Below, piece by piece: positions 19,396 through 30,700 of a stretch of DNA of 64,000 bases; position 1 is the first letter of the stretch, and each line of letters opens with the position of its first letter. The DNA is taken from assembly GCA_024637095.1 (NCBI GenBank), contig JAGXFV010000006.1, forward strand, positions 34,609-98,608. The letters are read 5' to 3'. The translations under genes were made by a program, and so were the position numbers. This stretch comes from Actinomycetes bacterium (GTDB lineage Bacteria; Actinomycetota; Thermoleophilia; RBG-16-64-13). Below the pieces are notes generated by a model, which searched no databases, was not told the origin of the DNA, and saw nothing but the letters and a program-made list of their open reading frames with translations.

Positions 19396-20325
19396 CTATA
19401 TGCCACCCGGGCCCCTCTGCGCTCCCGACAACCCACCTTCGTCCAGGCCCCGGTCGAGAACCGCGTTGATTTCTCCCCCAACGAGGACAGAGAAGCTCAT
19501 CAAGTAGAACCAGAGCAGGATGACCAGCATGAAGCTGAACGAGCTGTAGGTCAGCCAGCTGATCTGGAACATGTTCTGCGAGATGAACCAGCCCAGAGTC
19601 CAGGAGAGCAGCGCCATGGCGATGACCGCGAACAGGCTACCCGGGGTGGTCCAGCGCCACTTGCCCCGGTGGACCGGCGCGAAGTGGTAGAGCAGCGCGA
19701 GCCCGATTCCCAGGAGCACGAAGGCCACCGGCCAGCGAAGGATCCGGATGACAAAACTGGGTAGGAAGCCCAGTCCCAGTGCCTTGGTGAATGGCTCGAG
19801 TAGCTGCGGCCCGAAGATTCCGAAAAGGACTCCGCCAACAAGAAAGACCAAGAGCGCTAAGGTCATGGCGAGCCCCATCAACCGCCGCTCCAGATAATTT
19901 CGCTGATCTTGCAAGTCGTAGGCGCGGTTGATGCCCTTGACCACGACGCCAAATCCCCGCGAGGCCCCCCATAGGGTCAGGATTATGCCGATGGAAAGCA
20001 AACCGTTCCGGCGGCTCTCCGCCGGTTGCAGGATCTCCTCTTTGATGATGGTGAAAATGCGGCCGTCGTCGCCTGAGGTCATCTGCTGGATCATGTCGAG
20101 AATCCCCGGGATCACCCGGGTGCCCTGAGGCAGATAAGGCTCCAGCGATTGCAGGAGAATCACGAACGGGAACAGGCTGAACATGCCATAGAAGGCAACC
20201 TCCGCCGAGAGACCCACGACGTCGTCGTCCATCGCCTCCTTGGTGGTCGCGTGGCCGACCTTCCATCCCCGGTTGTCGAACCAGGAGCGGGGGCTCTCTT
20301 CGAGTTTCTCCCGGACGCCACTCAC
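19396..20325 (-). CDS. YihY/BrkB family membrane protein
   Basis: SAEVAFYGMFSLFP, INRAYD, LYHFAP, TPGS, GGEINA. Confidence 0.88.
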   Translation of the reverse strand: MSGVREKLEESPRSWFDNRGWKVGHATTKEAMDDDVVGLSAEVAFYGMFSLFPFVILLQSLEPYLPQGTRVIPGILDMIQQMTSGDDGRIFTIIKEEILQPAESRRNGLLSIGIILTLWGASRGFGVVVKGINRAYDLQDQRNYLERRLMGLAMTLALLVFLVGGVLFGIFGPQLLEPFTKALGLGFLPSFVIRILRWPVAFVLLGIGLALLYHFAPVHRGKWRWTTPGSLFAVIAMALLSWTLGWFISQNMFQISWLTYSSFSFMLVILLWFYLMSFSVLVGGEINAVLDRGLDEGGLSGAQRGPGGI

Positions 20326-20376
20326 AAAGCAGTCTCCCTCCGCCGCGTCGCGACGCGCCGCGAAGTAGCGCGTCCG

Positions 20377-21651
20377 TCAGCGCCCTAGTTCCCCGTTCCT
20401 CTGCGGCCGCCAAACTCGCACCGGCCTTGCGCCCTCCTCCGGATTCGCCCGCCAGAAGAAGAACGCGGACAGCGCCACGGCGACCGCCGCCACCCCCCAG
20501 ATCATGTTGTAGCCACGGGTCTCGGTGAGGAAAGGAGCGCTGGCATCGATGGCGATCCCGGCGATGACCGGGGATACGATTACCGCCATGGCCCGGGCCA
20601 TGGAAAAGTAGCCGGTGAACTGCCCGTAGCGTCCGCGCGGAACCATGTTGACGAAAATGGCGTACGGCAGGGTGAGCACGGTCGATCCGCCCAATCCGAA
20701 GATCGGCAGCAAAAAGAAACCCAGGCGCAGATCACGCAGGAAGAAGCCGATCACGCAGCCAACGAAGTACACGGCCATCCCGATCCACATTATCCGGGTG
20801 CGCCCGTAGCGGTCTCCCAAGTAGCCGGTGAGGATGGCGGCGGCGACATGTACCACCCCCACCACGCCGAGCAGCAGCGCGCCGGTCCGGGTGTCGGCCC
20901 CCAATGCGTACAGAAAGTAGAGCATGATGAACGGGCGAATGCCGGAGATGGTGGCCTCCCAGAGAAAGTTCGCGACCAGGAAGCGGCGGATGCGGACCCG
21001 ACCCACCAGCGAAGAGGCTATGTCGCGCAGACCGGCGCTGAAGCCGAGCGACACCGGCGCCTCCTCGGGATCGGGCGTGGGCTCCTTGATGGTCGACACC
21101 GTGATGAAGGTGACCACCATGATCAAGCCCGCCGCGCCCAGGAAAGGCAGCGGTTGCCAGAGGTCGAAGAGAATGCCTCCCACGAGCATGCCGAAGAACA
21201 TCCCCCCACCCCGCATGAAGTTCTGAGCGCCCTGAATGCGGCCCTGCTGGTCGAGTGGAGCGACGTCGGGGAGCAGCGATTGATAAGGCGAGGTGTACAG
21301 GTGATAGGCGGCGAAGAACAGGAAGGTGATCACCGCCAGCGGGATGAAGCCTTCCTGAAAAGGCGCCAGAATCAAGGCGGCGGCGATGAACGGCGCGGAG
21401 AAGATCATGAAGGGCTCGCGTCGCCCCCACCGGGTCCAGATGCGATCACTCATGTAGCCGCCCAGAAGAGGGATCGCCAGACCGAAAATGCCCTCGCCTC
21501 CAATGGCAAGCCCGATGAGGGTGGCGGACGAGGTATAGGCGGCAAGCAGCAGCGGCAGGTAGGTGGTGACCACCGAGAGCGCCGTGGAAGAGCCCAGCGT
21601 GGCCGCCGTCAGCTCGAGCATCCCCCGTAGCGTCATGCGCTCCTTCTCCAT
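20377..21651 (-). CDS. MFS transporter
   Basis: 12-TM pattern; SDRIWTRWGRREPF and GDRYGR motif A. Confidence 0.88.
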   Translation of the reverse strand: MEKERMTLRGMLELTAATLGSSTALSVVTTYLPLLLAAYTSSATLIGLAIGGEGIFGLAIPLLGGYMSDRIWTRWGRREPFMIFSAPFIAAALILAPFQEGFIPLAVITFLFFAAYHLYTSPYQSLLPDVAPLDQQGRIQGAQNFMRGGGMFFGMLVGGILFDLWQPLPFLGAAGLIMVVTFITVSTIKEPTPDPEEAPVSLGFSAGLRDIASSLVGRVRIRRFLVANFLWEATISGIRPFIMLYFLYALGADTRTGALLLGVVGVVHVAAAILTGYLGDRYGRTRIMWIGMAVYFVGCVIGFFLRDLRLGFFLLPIFGLGGSTVLTLPYAIFVNMVPRGRYGQFTGYFSMARAMAVIVSPVIAGIAIDASAPFLTETRGYNMIWGVAAVAVALSAFFFWRANPEEGARPVRVWRPQRNGELGR

Positions 21652-21668
21652 GACGGCCCCCAGAGGAG

Positions 21669-23027
<1,359 letters not shown>

Positions 23028-23046
23028 CGGCCGATTCTAGCAAACC

Positions 23047-23634
23047 CTACCCTTTGGCCCGCTCATACTGCTTGGACACGAAGTCCCAGTTGATCACGCT
23101 GAAGAACGCATCGATGTACTTGGGGCGCGCGTTACGATAGTCGATGTAGTAGGCGTGCTCCCAAACGTCCATCGTGAGCAGCGCCGTCTGCCCGTGGGCC
23201 AACGGCAGGTCGGCGTTCATGGTGTCGGTCACCTTGAGCTTGCCGCCATCCATCACCAGCCATGCCCAACCCGAGCCAAAGCGCCCCGCGCCTGCCTGGC
23301 TAAACTCCTCCTTGAAGTTGGCGAACGAGCCGAACTCGCTCTTGACAGCCTGCGCCAGCTCGCCGGAGGGCTCGCCACCACCGTCGGGAGACATGCAGTT
23401 CCAGTAGAAGGTGTGATTCCAGACCTGAGCGACGTTGTTGAAGAGACCGCCTTTCGCCGACTTGATGATCTCCTCCAGGTCCTTGCCGGCGTTCTCCGTG
23501 CCTTTGATCATCGAGTTGGTCTTCTCGACGTAGGCTTTGTGGTGCTTGTCGTGGTGAAACTCCAGGGTTTCAGCGCTGATGTGCGGCTCCAGGGCGTCCT
23601 TGGCGTAGGGCAGTTCCGGAAGCTCAAAGGCCAT
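23047..23634 (-). CDS. sodB: Superoxide dismutase, Fe-type signature
   Basis: MAFELPELPY, HHDKHH, FNNVAQVWNH, GSGWAW, DVWEHAYY; ATG 23634 behind AGGAGG. Confidence 0.95.
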   Translation of the reverse strand: MAFELPELPYAKDALEPHISAETLEFHHDKHHKAYVEKTNSMIKGTENAGKDLEEIIKSAKGGLFNNVAQVWNHTFYWNCMSPDGGGEPSGELAQAVKSEFGSFANFKEEFSQAGAGRFGSGWAWLVMDGGKLKVTDTMNADLPLAHGQTALLTMDVWEHAYYIDYRNARPKYIDAFFSVINWDFVSKQYERAKG

Positions 23635-23829
23635 CGATTTCCCTCCTCTGGATTGGATGCCTGACCGGGCAATCGCCGAAAGGTCTACCCCCGGTCCTTC
23701 GCCCGCCAAACGGAAGGGTGCGCCCCTCCCCGGCCGATCTCTCCGCGCAGGGCAATTTTGAGATGCCGGTTTTGCGGGGCATTCGAGACAGGAAGAACCA
23801 CCAGAGAGCACCACATCGGAGCACAGGCC

Positions 23830-24354
23830 ATGAATCTGCAAGGCAAGCGCATAGCAATTCTCGCGGAACGGCAGTACGAGGATCTCGAGCTCTGGTATCC
23901 CAAGCTCCGGCTGGAGGAAGCCCGGGCCGAGGTGGTGATCGCCGGAACGGGTGAGCCTGAATATGCCTCGAAACATGGCTACCCTGTGCGGGTCGACGCC
24001 AACGTGGGCGATCTGGATCCCGCCGACTTTGCCGGTGTGGTGGTACCCGGCGGTTGGGCCCCCGACTACCTGCGCCGGCATGAACCGGTCACGGCGTTCG
24101 TCGCCGCGATGGACGCGGCGGGCAAACTGGTAGCCGCCATCTGTCACGGCGGCAGCGTCCTGGTGTCCGCGGGGATTCTACGCGGGCGCCAATTGACGTC
24201 TGTCACGGCGATACGCGACGACCTCATCAATGCCGGAGCCACCTGGATCGATGCCGAAACGGTGGTGGACCGTAACCTCGTTAGCGCCCGCCGCCCTGAC
24301 GATCTACCGGCCTTCCTGCCCGCCATAATCGCGGTTCTCGCCGAGCAGCCGTAG
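23830..24354 (+). CDS. PfpI/DJ-1 family protein
   Basis: YEDLELWYP, PGGWAPD, AICHG, DRNLVSARRPDDL. Confidence 0.92.
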   Translation: MNLQGKRIAILAERQYEDLELWYPKLRLEEARAEVVIAGTGEPEYASKHGYPVRVDANVGDLDPADFAGVVVPGGWAPDYLRRHEPVTAFVAAMDAAGKLVAAICHGGSVLVSAGILRGRQLTSVTAIRDDLINAGATWIDAETVVDRNLVSARRPDDLPAFLPAIIAVLAEQP

Positions 24355-24371
24355 CGACGCGGGCGGGCCGG

Positions 24372-24644
24372 CTACGGCCCGCCCCAACTCTCCGCCTCGA
24401 GCATGATGCCTTCCACCAGGTTGGCCACCGCCCGGTCGAGGTCCCGATCGTCGACCTCGAGCCCCCTGTCCGCCGCCAGCGTCGCGAGCATCTGGCGAAG
24501 CGCCGCCACCCCGGATCGCCAGACCACCCGATCGAACCGGTAGTGCTCCGGCGTGAGTCCCAGGGTTTCCCGGTAACGGGGATGGTCCTCCAGGAACCAC
24601 CCGGTCAGCCGCATGCTAGACGGCCGAAAATCTTCCGTTGACAT
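24372..24644 (-). CDS. Small hypothetical protein (~90 aa)
   Basis: Fills the gap, co-oriented behind the ArcE-like gene, GAGG SD before ATG 24644. Confidence 0.55.
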   Translation of the reverse strand: MSTEDFRPSSMRLTGWFLEDHPRYRETLGLTPEHYRFDRVVWRSGVAALRQMLATLAADRGLEVDDRDLDRAVANLVEGIMLEAESWGGP

Positions 24645-24683
24645 CGCGGTCACCTCGCGCCGGCAGTCTCGGGAACCTCTCCG

Positions 24684-26027
24684 CTACCCAACCAGGCCCC
24701 TATCCCGCAGGAAGGCCTCGACCAAAGTGGAGAGACGCGGTTCCTCCATCTCCTGCAACTCGTAGGCCACCTGAACCAGCGACGGGCCAACCTTTATCAG
24801 CTTGGCCAAATCGAAGGGCGTTGCGCTGACCACGACCTCTGCGGGAACCGCGGCGAGCGTGGCCTCCAGGTCGGCGAGTTGCGAGGGGAAGTAGCCCACA
24901 GCGGGCAGGATCGGGCCCAGGTGAGGATACTTCTCGAAGATGGCGGCGACCTCGCCCACGGCGTATGGTCTGGGATCGATCAAACTGCGGGCGCCCTCCT
25001 TGAGCGCCGCCTCCGCGCCGGCACCGGTCTCCATGCCGCCGTGGGTCAAGGTGGGGCCGTCTTCGATCACCAACACATCGCGGCCTTTGATTCTTGCGCC
25101 GTCAGCTTCACCCTCCAAAGTAATATGCGAGCGCGCCTTGACCACGTGCGCCTCGGGATTCACCTCGGCGATGGTCTTTAACACCCGAGTCACGTTCTCC
25201 TCCGGGGCGGAACCAACCTTGTTCACCACGAGGATGTCCGCCCGGCGCAGGTTCACTTCTCCTGGGTGATACTCGTACTCGTGCCCCGGGCGAAACGGAT
25301 CGAGCACCACGATGTCCAGATCGGGGCGGACAAAGGGGAAGTCGTTATTCCCCCCGTCCCAGATGATCAGGTCGGCCTCCGCCTGCGCCTCCTTCACCAC
25401 GGCCTCATAGTCCACCCCTCCGTAGACGACCAACCCGCGGCGCAGATGCGGCTCGTAGTCTTCGCGTTCCTCGATGGTGGCATGGTGTCGCTCGAGATCC
25501 TCGAGTTCGGCGAAACGTTGCACGCGCTGCTCCACCAGGTTGCCGTAGGGCATAGGATGCCGGATGACCACCGGGCGCACGCCCAGGGAGATCAGAAGAT
25601 CCGCGAGAAAGCGAGAGGTCTGGCTTTTGCCCGCCCCGGTCCGGACGGCGGTCACCGCGATGACCGGAACCTTCGCGGGCACCATGGTGGCGTCGGGACC
25701 GAGCAGCTTGAAATCGGCGCCCGCGGCCAGCGCCCGGGAAGCCTGGTGCATCACGTACTCATGAGAAACGTCGCTGTAAGCAAAGACCACTTCGTCCACG
25801 TCTTCGTCCCGCACAGTCCGCTCCAAATGCTCCTCGGGAACGATGGGGATACCGTCCGGATAGCCCTCTCCGGCCAGTTCGGCGGGGTAGCGCCGTTTTT
25901 CAATGCCGGGGATCTGGGCGGCGGTAAAGGCGACCACCCGAGTAGTGGGATCGCCGCGGAAGACGGTGTTGAAATTGTGGAAATCACGCCCCGCCGCCCC
26001 CATGATTATCGTCCGTCGCTCGTCCAC
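24684..26027 (-). CDS. ArcE-like arginine synthetase / cDPGS-related P-loop ligase (often annotated GTPase or cyclic 2,3-DPG synthase)
   Basis: GAAGRDFHNFN N-terminus, AVRTGAGKSQ P-loop, RHPMPYG, DGGNND, EDGPTLTHGGM. Confidence 0.75.
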   Translation of the reverse strand: MDERRTIIMGAAGRDFHNFNTVFRGDPTTRVVAFTAAQIPGIEKRRYPAELAGEGYPDGIPIVPEEHLERTVRDEDVDEVVFAYSDVSHEYVMHQASRALAAGADFKLLGPDATMVPAKVPVIAVTAVRTGAGKSQTSRFLADLLISLGVRPVVIRHPMPYGNLVEQRVQRFAELEDLERHHATIEEREDYEPHLRRGLVVYGGVDYEAVVKEAQAEADLIIWDGGNNDFPFVRPDLDIVVLDPFRPGHEYEYHPGEVNLRRADILVVNKVGSAPEENVTRVLKTIAEVNPEAHVVKARSHITLEGEADGARIKGRDVLVIEDGPTLTHGGMETGAGAEAALKEGARSLIDPRPYAVGEVAAIFEKYPHLGPILPAVGYFPSQLADLEATLAAVPAEVVVSATPFDLAKLIKVGPSLVQVAYELQEMEEPRLSTLVEAFLRDRGLVG

Positions 26028-26124
26028 GCGGCACCCCTCCCATTCTTGAGTAAGACTCCTCCCCGGACAGCATCGGACGGGGAAGCCATGACCCTTCTTC
26101 CCTAAAAGACTCCCAGATATGGCG

Positions 26125-26153
26125 AAGGCCCCTTCCTGGAAGGAAAGGGCCTT
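26125..26153 (-). terminator. Hairpin directly downstream of rnpB
   Basis: AAGGCCCCTTCCT-GGA-AGGAAAGGGCCTT, 13-bp stem; no strong U-tract on the minus strand. Confidence 0.6.
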
Positions 26154-26160
26154 TCACGAC

Positions 26161-26519
26161 AGCAGCCCTGTAAGCCGGATTCTGTCAGCGGTAGCCATCC
26201 ATCTGGGACGCGTGTCACCACGCATCTCCGTGCGGCCAACCCGGAAGCATCGGACGAGCAGCCCTCGAGCGCTTCTCTATTCGGCCTTGCACCGGGTGGG
26301 GTTTGCCTAGCCGCCGTGTCACCACGGCGCTGGTGCGCTCTTACCGCACCTTTTCACCGTTGCAGTCCCGCCAAGGGCGAAGACTGCTGTGTATTTCTGT
26401 GGCACTTTCCCGCGGGTTTCCCCGGCTGGACGTTATCCAGCACCCTGCTCTGCGGTGTCCGGACTTTCCTCGACGGTCTCCGTCCTGGACGGGCGGCCGC
26501 CGCGACTACCCGGGCTGCA
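26161..26519 (-). ncRNA. rnpB: RNase P RNA (bacterial type A)
   Basis: Minus strand has GAGGAAAGTCCGG, AGTGCCACAGAAA, GGTAAGAGCGCACC, GGCAAACCCCACC and ACAGAATCCGGCTTA; P1 GCAGCCC/GGGCTGC; TATAAT at 26526-26531. Confidence 0.97.
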
Positions 26520-26548
26520 CCGCAGATTATACCGCCAAGCGGTGAACT

Positions 26549-27595
26549 CTAACTGACCGCCCGGGATTCGTGATCAAGCGGGAAGTAGCAGGCCGCGGAG
26601 TGCCCATGCCCGTGGTTCTCCATTGGGGGCATCTCCTGAGTGCAGATCGGTTGCGCCCGGAAACAGCGGGTGTGGAAGACGCAACCGGTCGGCGGGTGAT
26701 CGGGGCTGGGGACATCGCCCTCGATCACCTTGTGCACGCGCTTCTTCTCCAGCACGGGGTCCGGAATGGGAATAGCCGCGAGCAGGCCGAAAGTGTAGGG
26801 ATGGATGGGGTTTTGGTAGAGCTCCGCGCTCGGCGCGATCTCCACTATCTTCCCCAGGTACATGACCGCCACGCGGTTCGAGATGTGCCTGACCACGGAA
26901 AGGTCATGGGCAATAAAGAGATAGGCCAAGTTGAACTCCTGCTGCAGGCGGTCCAGCAGGTTTAACATCTGCGCCTGGATCGAGACGTCGAGGGCCGACA
27001 CCGGCTCATCACAGATGATCAGCTTGGGATTGAGGGCGAGCGCCCGGGCGAGCCCGATCCGCTGGCGCTGCCCACCCGAGAACTCGTGAGGATACCGGTT
27101 GGTGAAGTTGGGGTTCAGACCGACGATGTCGAGCAGTTCCCGCACCCGCCCTTTGCGATCCCTGCGCCTGCCAATGCTGTGAATCGCCAGGGGCTCGCCC
27201 ACGATGGTACCCACGGTCATCCGCGGATTGAGAGAAGCGTAGGGATCCTGAAAGACGATCTGCATCTCTCGGCGCACGCCCTGGAGTTCCGAACCCTTGA
27301 GTTCGGTCAGCTCCTGGCCCTCGAAGACGACACTGCCCGAGGTGGGCTTGTAGAGCTGTAGGATGCAACGGCCGGTCGTGCTCTTGCCGCAGCCGGATTC
27401 CCCCACCAGCCCCAGGGTCTCGCCCGTGTCCAGCTCGAAGCTGACCCCTTCCACCGCGTGGATGTAGCCAATCGTGCGTTGAAAGATGATTCCCGAGGTG
27501 ATCGGAAAGCGCTTAACCAGGTCCTTTACCCGCAGCAGGGGGCCCTCGTAGATCTTGGCGGGGGTGACTCGAAGTTCTTCGGTAACCGTGGGCAC
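26549..27595 (-). CDS. oppF: Oligopeptide ABC transporter ATPase
   Basis: [27 protein letters not shown]-terminal Cys-rich HPY domain. Confidence 0.93.
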   Translation of the reverse strand: MPTVTEELRVTPAKIYEGPLLRVKDLVKRFPITSGIIFQRTIGYIHAVEGVSFELDTGETLGLVGESGCGKSTTGRCILQLYKPTSGSVVFEGQELTELKGSELQGVRREMQIVFQDPYASLNPRMTVGTIVGEPLAIHSIGRRRDRKGRVRELLDIVGLNPNFTNRYPHEFSGGQRQRIGLARALALNPKLIICDEPVSALDVSIQAQMLNLLDRLQQEFNLAYLFIAHDLSVVRHISNRVAVMYLGKIVEIAPSAELYQNPIHPYTFGLLAAIPIPDPVLEKKRVHKVIEGDVPSPDHPPTGCVFHTRCFRAQPICTQEMPPMENHGHGHSAACYFPLDHESRAVS

Positions 27596-27607
27596 GCTCT
27601 CCCTCTC

Positions 27608-28597
27608 TTATTTCTCTCGCGAATCCCGGTAGTGCCAGCATGCGACCAGGTGACCCGGACCTCCGTTGTACGGCGCCAGCGGAGGCTCCTTGTCCACGCA
27701 GATCTGGGTCGCATAGCGGCAGCGCGGGTGAAAACGGCAACCGGAAGGCGGATTGACCAGGTCGGGCGGCAACCCGGCAATGTTCGCCAGCTCACGGCGG
27801 TGAGTCTCGTCCAACCGGGGAATCGAGCCGAGCAGCGCCTCGGTGTAAGGGTGCTGGGGGTTCCCGAAGAGTTCCTCGGTGTCGGTCTGCTCGACGATCT
27901 TGCCCGCGTACATGACCACGATGTCGTCGCTGACTCCGGCGACGACGCCCAGGTCATGCGTTATCAGGAGCATGGCCATCCCGAACTGGTCCTGAAGCTG
28001 CTCGAGCAAATCGATGATCTGCGCCTGAATCGTGACGTCGAGTGCGGTGGTAGGCTCGTCGGCGATCAGCAACTTGGGGTCGCAGGAAAGGGCCATGGCG
28101 ATCATCACCCTCTGCCGCATGCCGCCCGAGAACTGGTGGGGAAAGTCGTCCAGCCGGTTGCGGGCCGCGGGAATCCCCACGGCGTCCATCAATTCGACCG
28201 CACGCTCCCGGGCTTCCTGCTTGCTCATGCCCAGATGGATTCTCATGCCCTCGGCCAGTTGATAGCCGATACGCAAGACCGGGTTGAGCGAGGTCATCGG
28301 GTCCTGAAAGATCATGGCAATGTCGTTGCCGCGAATGGACTGAAGCTGTCTCTCCGAGGCTTTAGTCAGGTCCTTGCCCTCGAAGAGGATCTCACCTTCG
28401 ACAATCCTGCCCGGAGGCATGGGGATCAATTTCATGATGGTCATGGCGCCAACCGACTTACCACAGCCGCTCTCACCCACAATGCCGAGCGTCTTACCCC
28501 GGTCCACCGTATAGCTGATGCCGTCCACAGCGTGCACGACGCCCTCTCTGGTGAAAAAGTGCGTGCGCAGGTTGTTGATCTCGAGCAGGTGGCTCAA
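27608..28597 (-). CDS. oppD: Oligopeptide ABC transporter ATPase
   Basis: [25 protein letters not shown]. Confidence 0.93.
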   Translation of the reverse strand: MSHLLEINNLRTHFFTREGVVHAVDGISYTVDRGKTLGIVGESGCGKSVGAMTIMKLIPMPPGRIVEGEILFEGKDLTKASERQLQSIRGNDIAMIFQDPMTSLNPVLRIGYQLAEGMRIHLGMSKQEARERAVELMDAVGIPAARNRLDDFPHQFSGGMRQRVMIAMALSCDPKLLIADEPTTALDVTIQAQIIDLLEQLQDQFGMAMLLITHDLGVVAGVSDDIVVMYAGKIVEQTDTEELFGNPQHPYTEALLGSIPRLDETHRRELANIAGLPPDLVNPPSGCRFHPRCRYATQICVDKEPPLAPYNGGPGHLVACWHYRDSREK

Positions 28598-29589
28598 CGC
28601 GTCTCCCGAGTGCGGGGGTCGATCGCGTCCCGGAAACCGTCGCCCACGAAGTTGAATGCCAGAACCGTGACGGCGATGAAGATCGCGGGCAGGAAGATCA
28701 GCCAGGGGTGCGAGCGAAGGCCCTGATACCCCTCGAGCGCCATGGTGCCCCAGGAGGCATTCGGCGCCGAGATACCCAAACCGAGAAACGACAGGGTGGC
28801 CTCACCGATGATGTTGGCCGGAATCTCGAGGAATAGGGCGATGACGATGATGCCAAGTGTGTTGGGCAGCAGATGGCGGAACATGATGCGTCCCCGAGAA
28901 GCACCGAGGGCACGCCCCGCCTCCACATACTCGTTCTGCTTGAGCGTGAGGATCTGTCCGCGAACCAGGCGCGACGGGGTCAGCCACGATACAACGGCCA
29001 AGGCGAGCAGCATTGGGCCGATGCCACCGCCAAGGATGACCAAGAGGATGATGGCGAATGGCAGATAGGGCAGGCCATAGAGAATATCTACAAAGCGCAT
29101 CATGCCGTCGTCCAGAATGCCGCCGGCGAAACCGGCCACCGAGCCGTAGATCACGCCCACGGCCAGGATGATGCCGCTGGCGGCAACCGCCACGAGCAAC
29201 GAAACCCGGCTGGCCATCGCCATCCGCACGAAGAGGTCGCGCCCAAACATGTCCGTGCCCATCCAATGGTCGGCGTTCGGTAGCTGGTGGGCAACAGAGT
29301 AATTGATTTCGGCGAAGCCGTACGGACGCAGATACGGCCCGACAAGGGCATACGCCAGCAGCAGAAAGAGGAAAACGCTGGCTCCCATCGCGGCCTGGTT
29401 CCGCACGTAACGGCGAAAGACGTCACCCCAAAGGGTGCGCTGCTCGGGATAGAGCAGTTCGCCGGCCTCCGCCCCGCCGGGAGCCGCACCGGTCGCCAAC
29501 TTGGTTTGCTCAGGGAGGTAGCCGGCATCCTCCGGGTAGGATCGATTCCTGGGATCGTCTCCGGTGTACAGTTTTCTGTCGTCGGCCAT
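28594..29589 (-). CDS. oppC: Oligopeptide ABC transporter permease
   Basis: HWMGTDMFGRD, EAA-like motif, RHLLPN, GDGFRDAIDPR. Confidence 0.93.
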   Translation of the reverse strand: MADDRKLYTGDDPRNRSYPEDAGYLPEQTKLATGAAPGGAEAGELLYPEQRTLWGDVFRRYVRNQAAMGASVFLFLLLAYALVGPYLRPYGFAEINYSVAHQLPNADHWMGTDMFGRDLFVRMAMASRVSLLVAVAASGIILAVGVIYGSVAGFAGGILDDGMMRFVDILYGLPYLPFAIILLVILGGGIGPMLLALAVVSWLTPSRLVRGQILTLKQNEYVEAGRALGASRGRIMFRHLLPNTLGIIVIALFLEIPANIIGEATLSFLGLGISAPNASWGTMALEGYQGLRSHPWLIFLPAIFIAVTVLAFNFVGDGFRDAIDPRTRETR

Positions 29590-30506
29590 CAGTCGTACCT
29601 GATGCGCGGGTCCAGGAAACCGTACAGAATGTCGACCACCAGATTGGCAAACACGATCACCGCCGAAAGGATCACAGCAAGTCCGAGGACGATCGAGTAG
29701 TCGCGGTTGGTCACACTATCCACGAAATAGCGGCCCATGCCGGGTATCGAGAAGATGTACTCGGTTAGGAAGCTGCCGGTGACCAGGAAGCCGAGCAGCG
29801 GTCCCGCCTGTGTCACCACCGGGATGAGCGAATTGCGCAGAACATGCCGCCACACTACCTTGCCCCACGGAAGCCCCTTGGCCTTGGCGGTCCGGACGTA
29901 GTCCTGCTGCAGCGTCTCGAGCATGGCGCTGCGGGTCAGCCTCGCGAAGTAAGCGGTGAAACCGGTGCCCAGCGCGATGATGGGCAGGACCATGCGCTCT
30001 GTGTCTCCCCAGCCGAAAGCAGGGAACCAGTTCCAGCGCACAGAAAAGAAGTAGATCAAAAGAGGGGCGATGATGATGACTGGGATGGCCCACCCAATAC
30101 TCGCAACGAAGATAGCCACGTAATCGGCCCAGGAATTGTGCCTGAGTGCCGCGATCACCCCCAGAGGCACTCCTATGAACATCGCGAGAGCAAAGCTACC
30201 CAGCCCCAGTTGCATGCTCACCGGGAAAGCGTTGCCGACGATGCTCGTCACCGTACGACCTCGCTGGGTCATGCTAACACCCAAGTCGCCCTGAACCGCG
30301 TGGTAGACGTAGCGGGCGTACTGAGTGTACCAGGGGGCGTCCAGGCCGTACTTCTCGTTGAGATTGTCAACGATCTGTTGGGGGAGCGACACTTCGCGCG
30401 TGAAAGGTCCCCCGGGAATCGCTTTCATCAGCAGGAACGAAAACAGGACGACCGTCAGGAGTACCGGGATAGTCCAGAGAATTCGGCGAATGATGTATTT
30501 GGCCAC
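29589..30506 (-). CDS. oppB: Oligopeptide ABC transporter permease
   Basis: PGGPF, YGLD, DYVRTAKAKG, RDY, LDPRIR. Confidence 0.93.
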   Translation of the reverse strand: MAKYIIRRILWTIPVLLTVVLFSFLLMKAIPGGPFTREVSLPQQIVDNLNEKYGLDAPWYTQYARYVYHAVQGDLGVSMTQRGRTVTSIVGNAFPVSMQLGLGSFALAMFIGVPLGVIAALRHNSWADYVAIFVASIGWAIPVIIIAPLLIYFFSVRWNWFPAFGWGDTERMVLPIIALGTGFTAYFARLTRSAMLETLQQDYVRTAKAKGLPWGKVVWRHVLRNSLIPVVTQAGPLLGFLVTGSFLTEYIFSIPGMGRYFVDSVTNRDYSIVLGLAVILSAVIVFANLVVDILYGFLDPRIRYD

Positions 30507-30650
30507 GGTTTCCTTGGTCTATCTTGATTGCAAAAGGCCATCAGGCAAATGCATCGCCGCATTATGTCACAACTCTCGGCGCGCCCGGAGCCATTCGAAG
30601 AGCAGCAATCACGGTCGTAAGAAGACCATCGATGAGAATGAGGGCAAGGG

Positions 30651-30681
30651 AAGGGAGCGCCGCGTTGCGGCGCTCCCTTTT
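30651..30681. terminator. Strong hairpin between oppA and oppB
   Basis: AAGGGAGCGCCGC-GTT-GCGGCGCTCCCTT, perfect 13-bp stem. Confidence 0.75.
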
Positions 30682-30700
30682 GCCTCGATAAAGCAGTCGC

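Noticed and set aside
24684..26027. True cyclic 2,3-diphosphoglycerate synthase linked to the nearby glycerate kinase
   Set aside because: N-terminus lacks the DGEHY motif I recall for characterised cDPGS, and no 2-phosphoglycerate kinase is in the window
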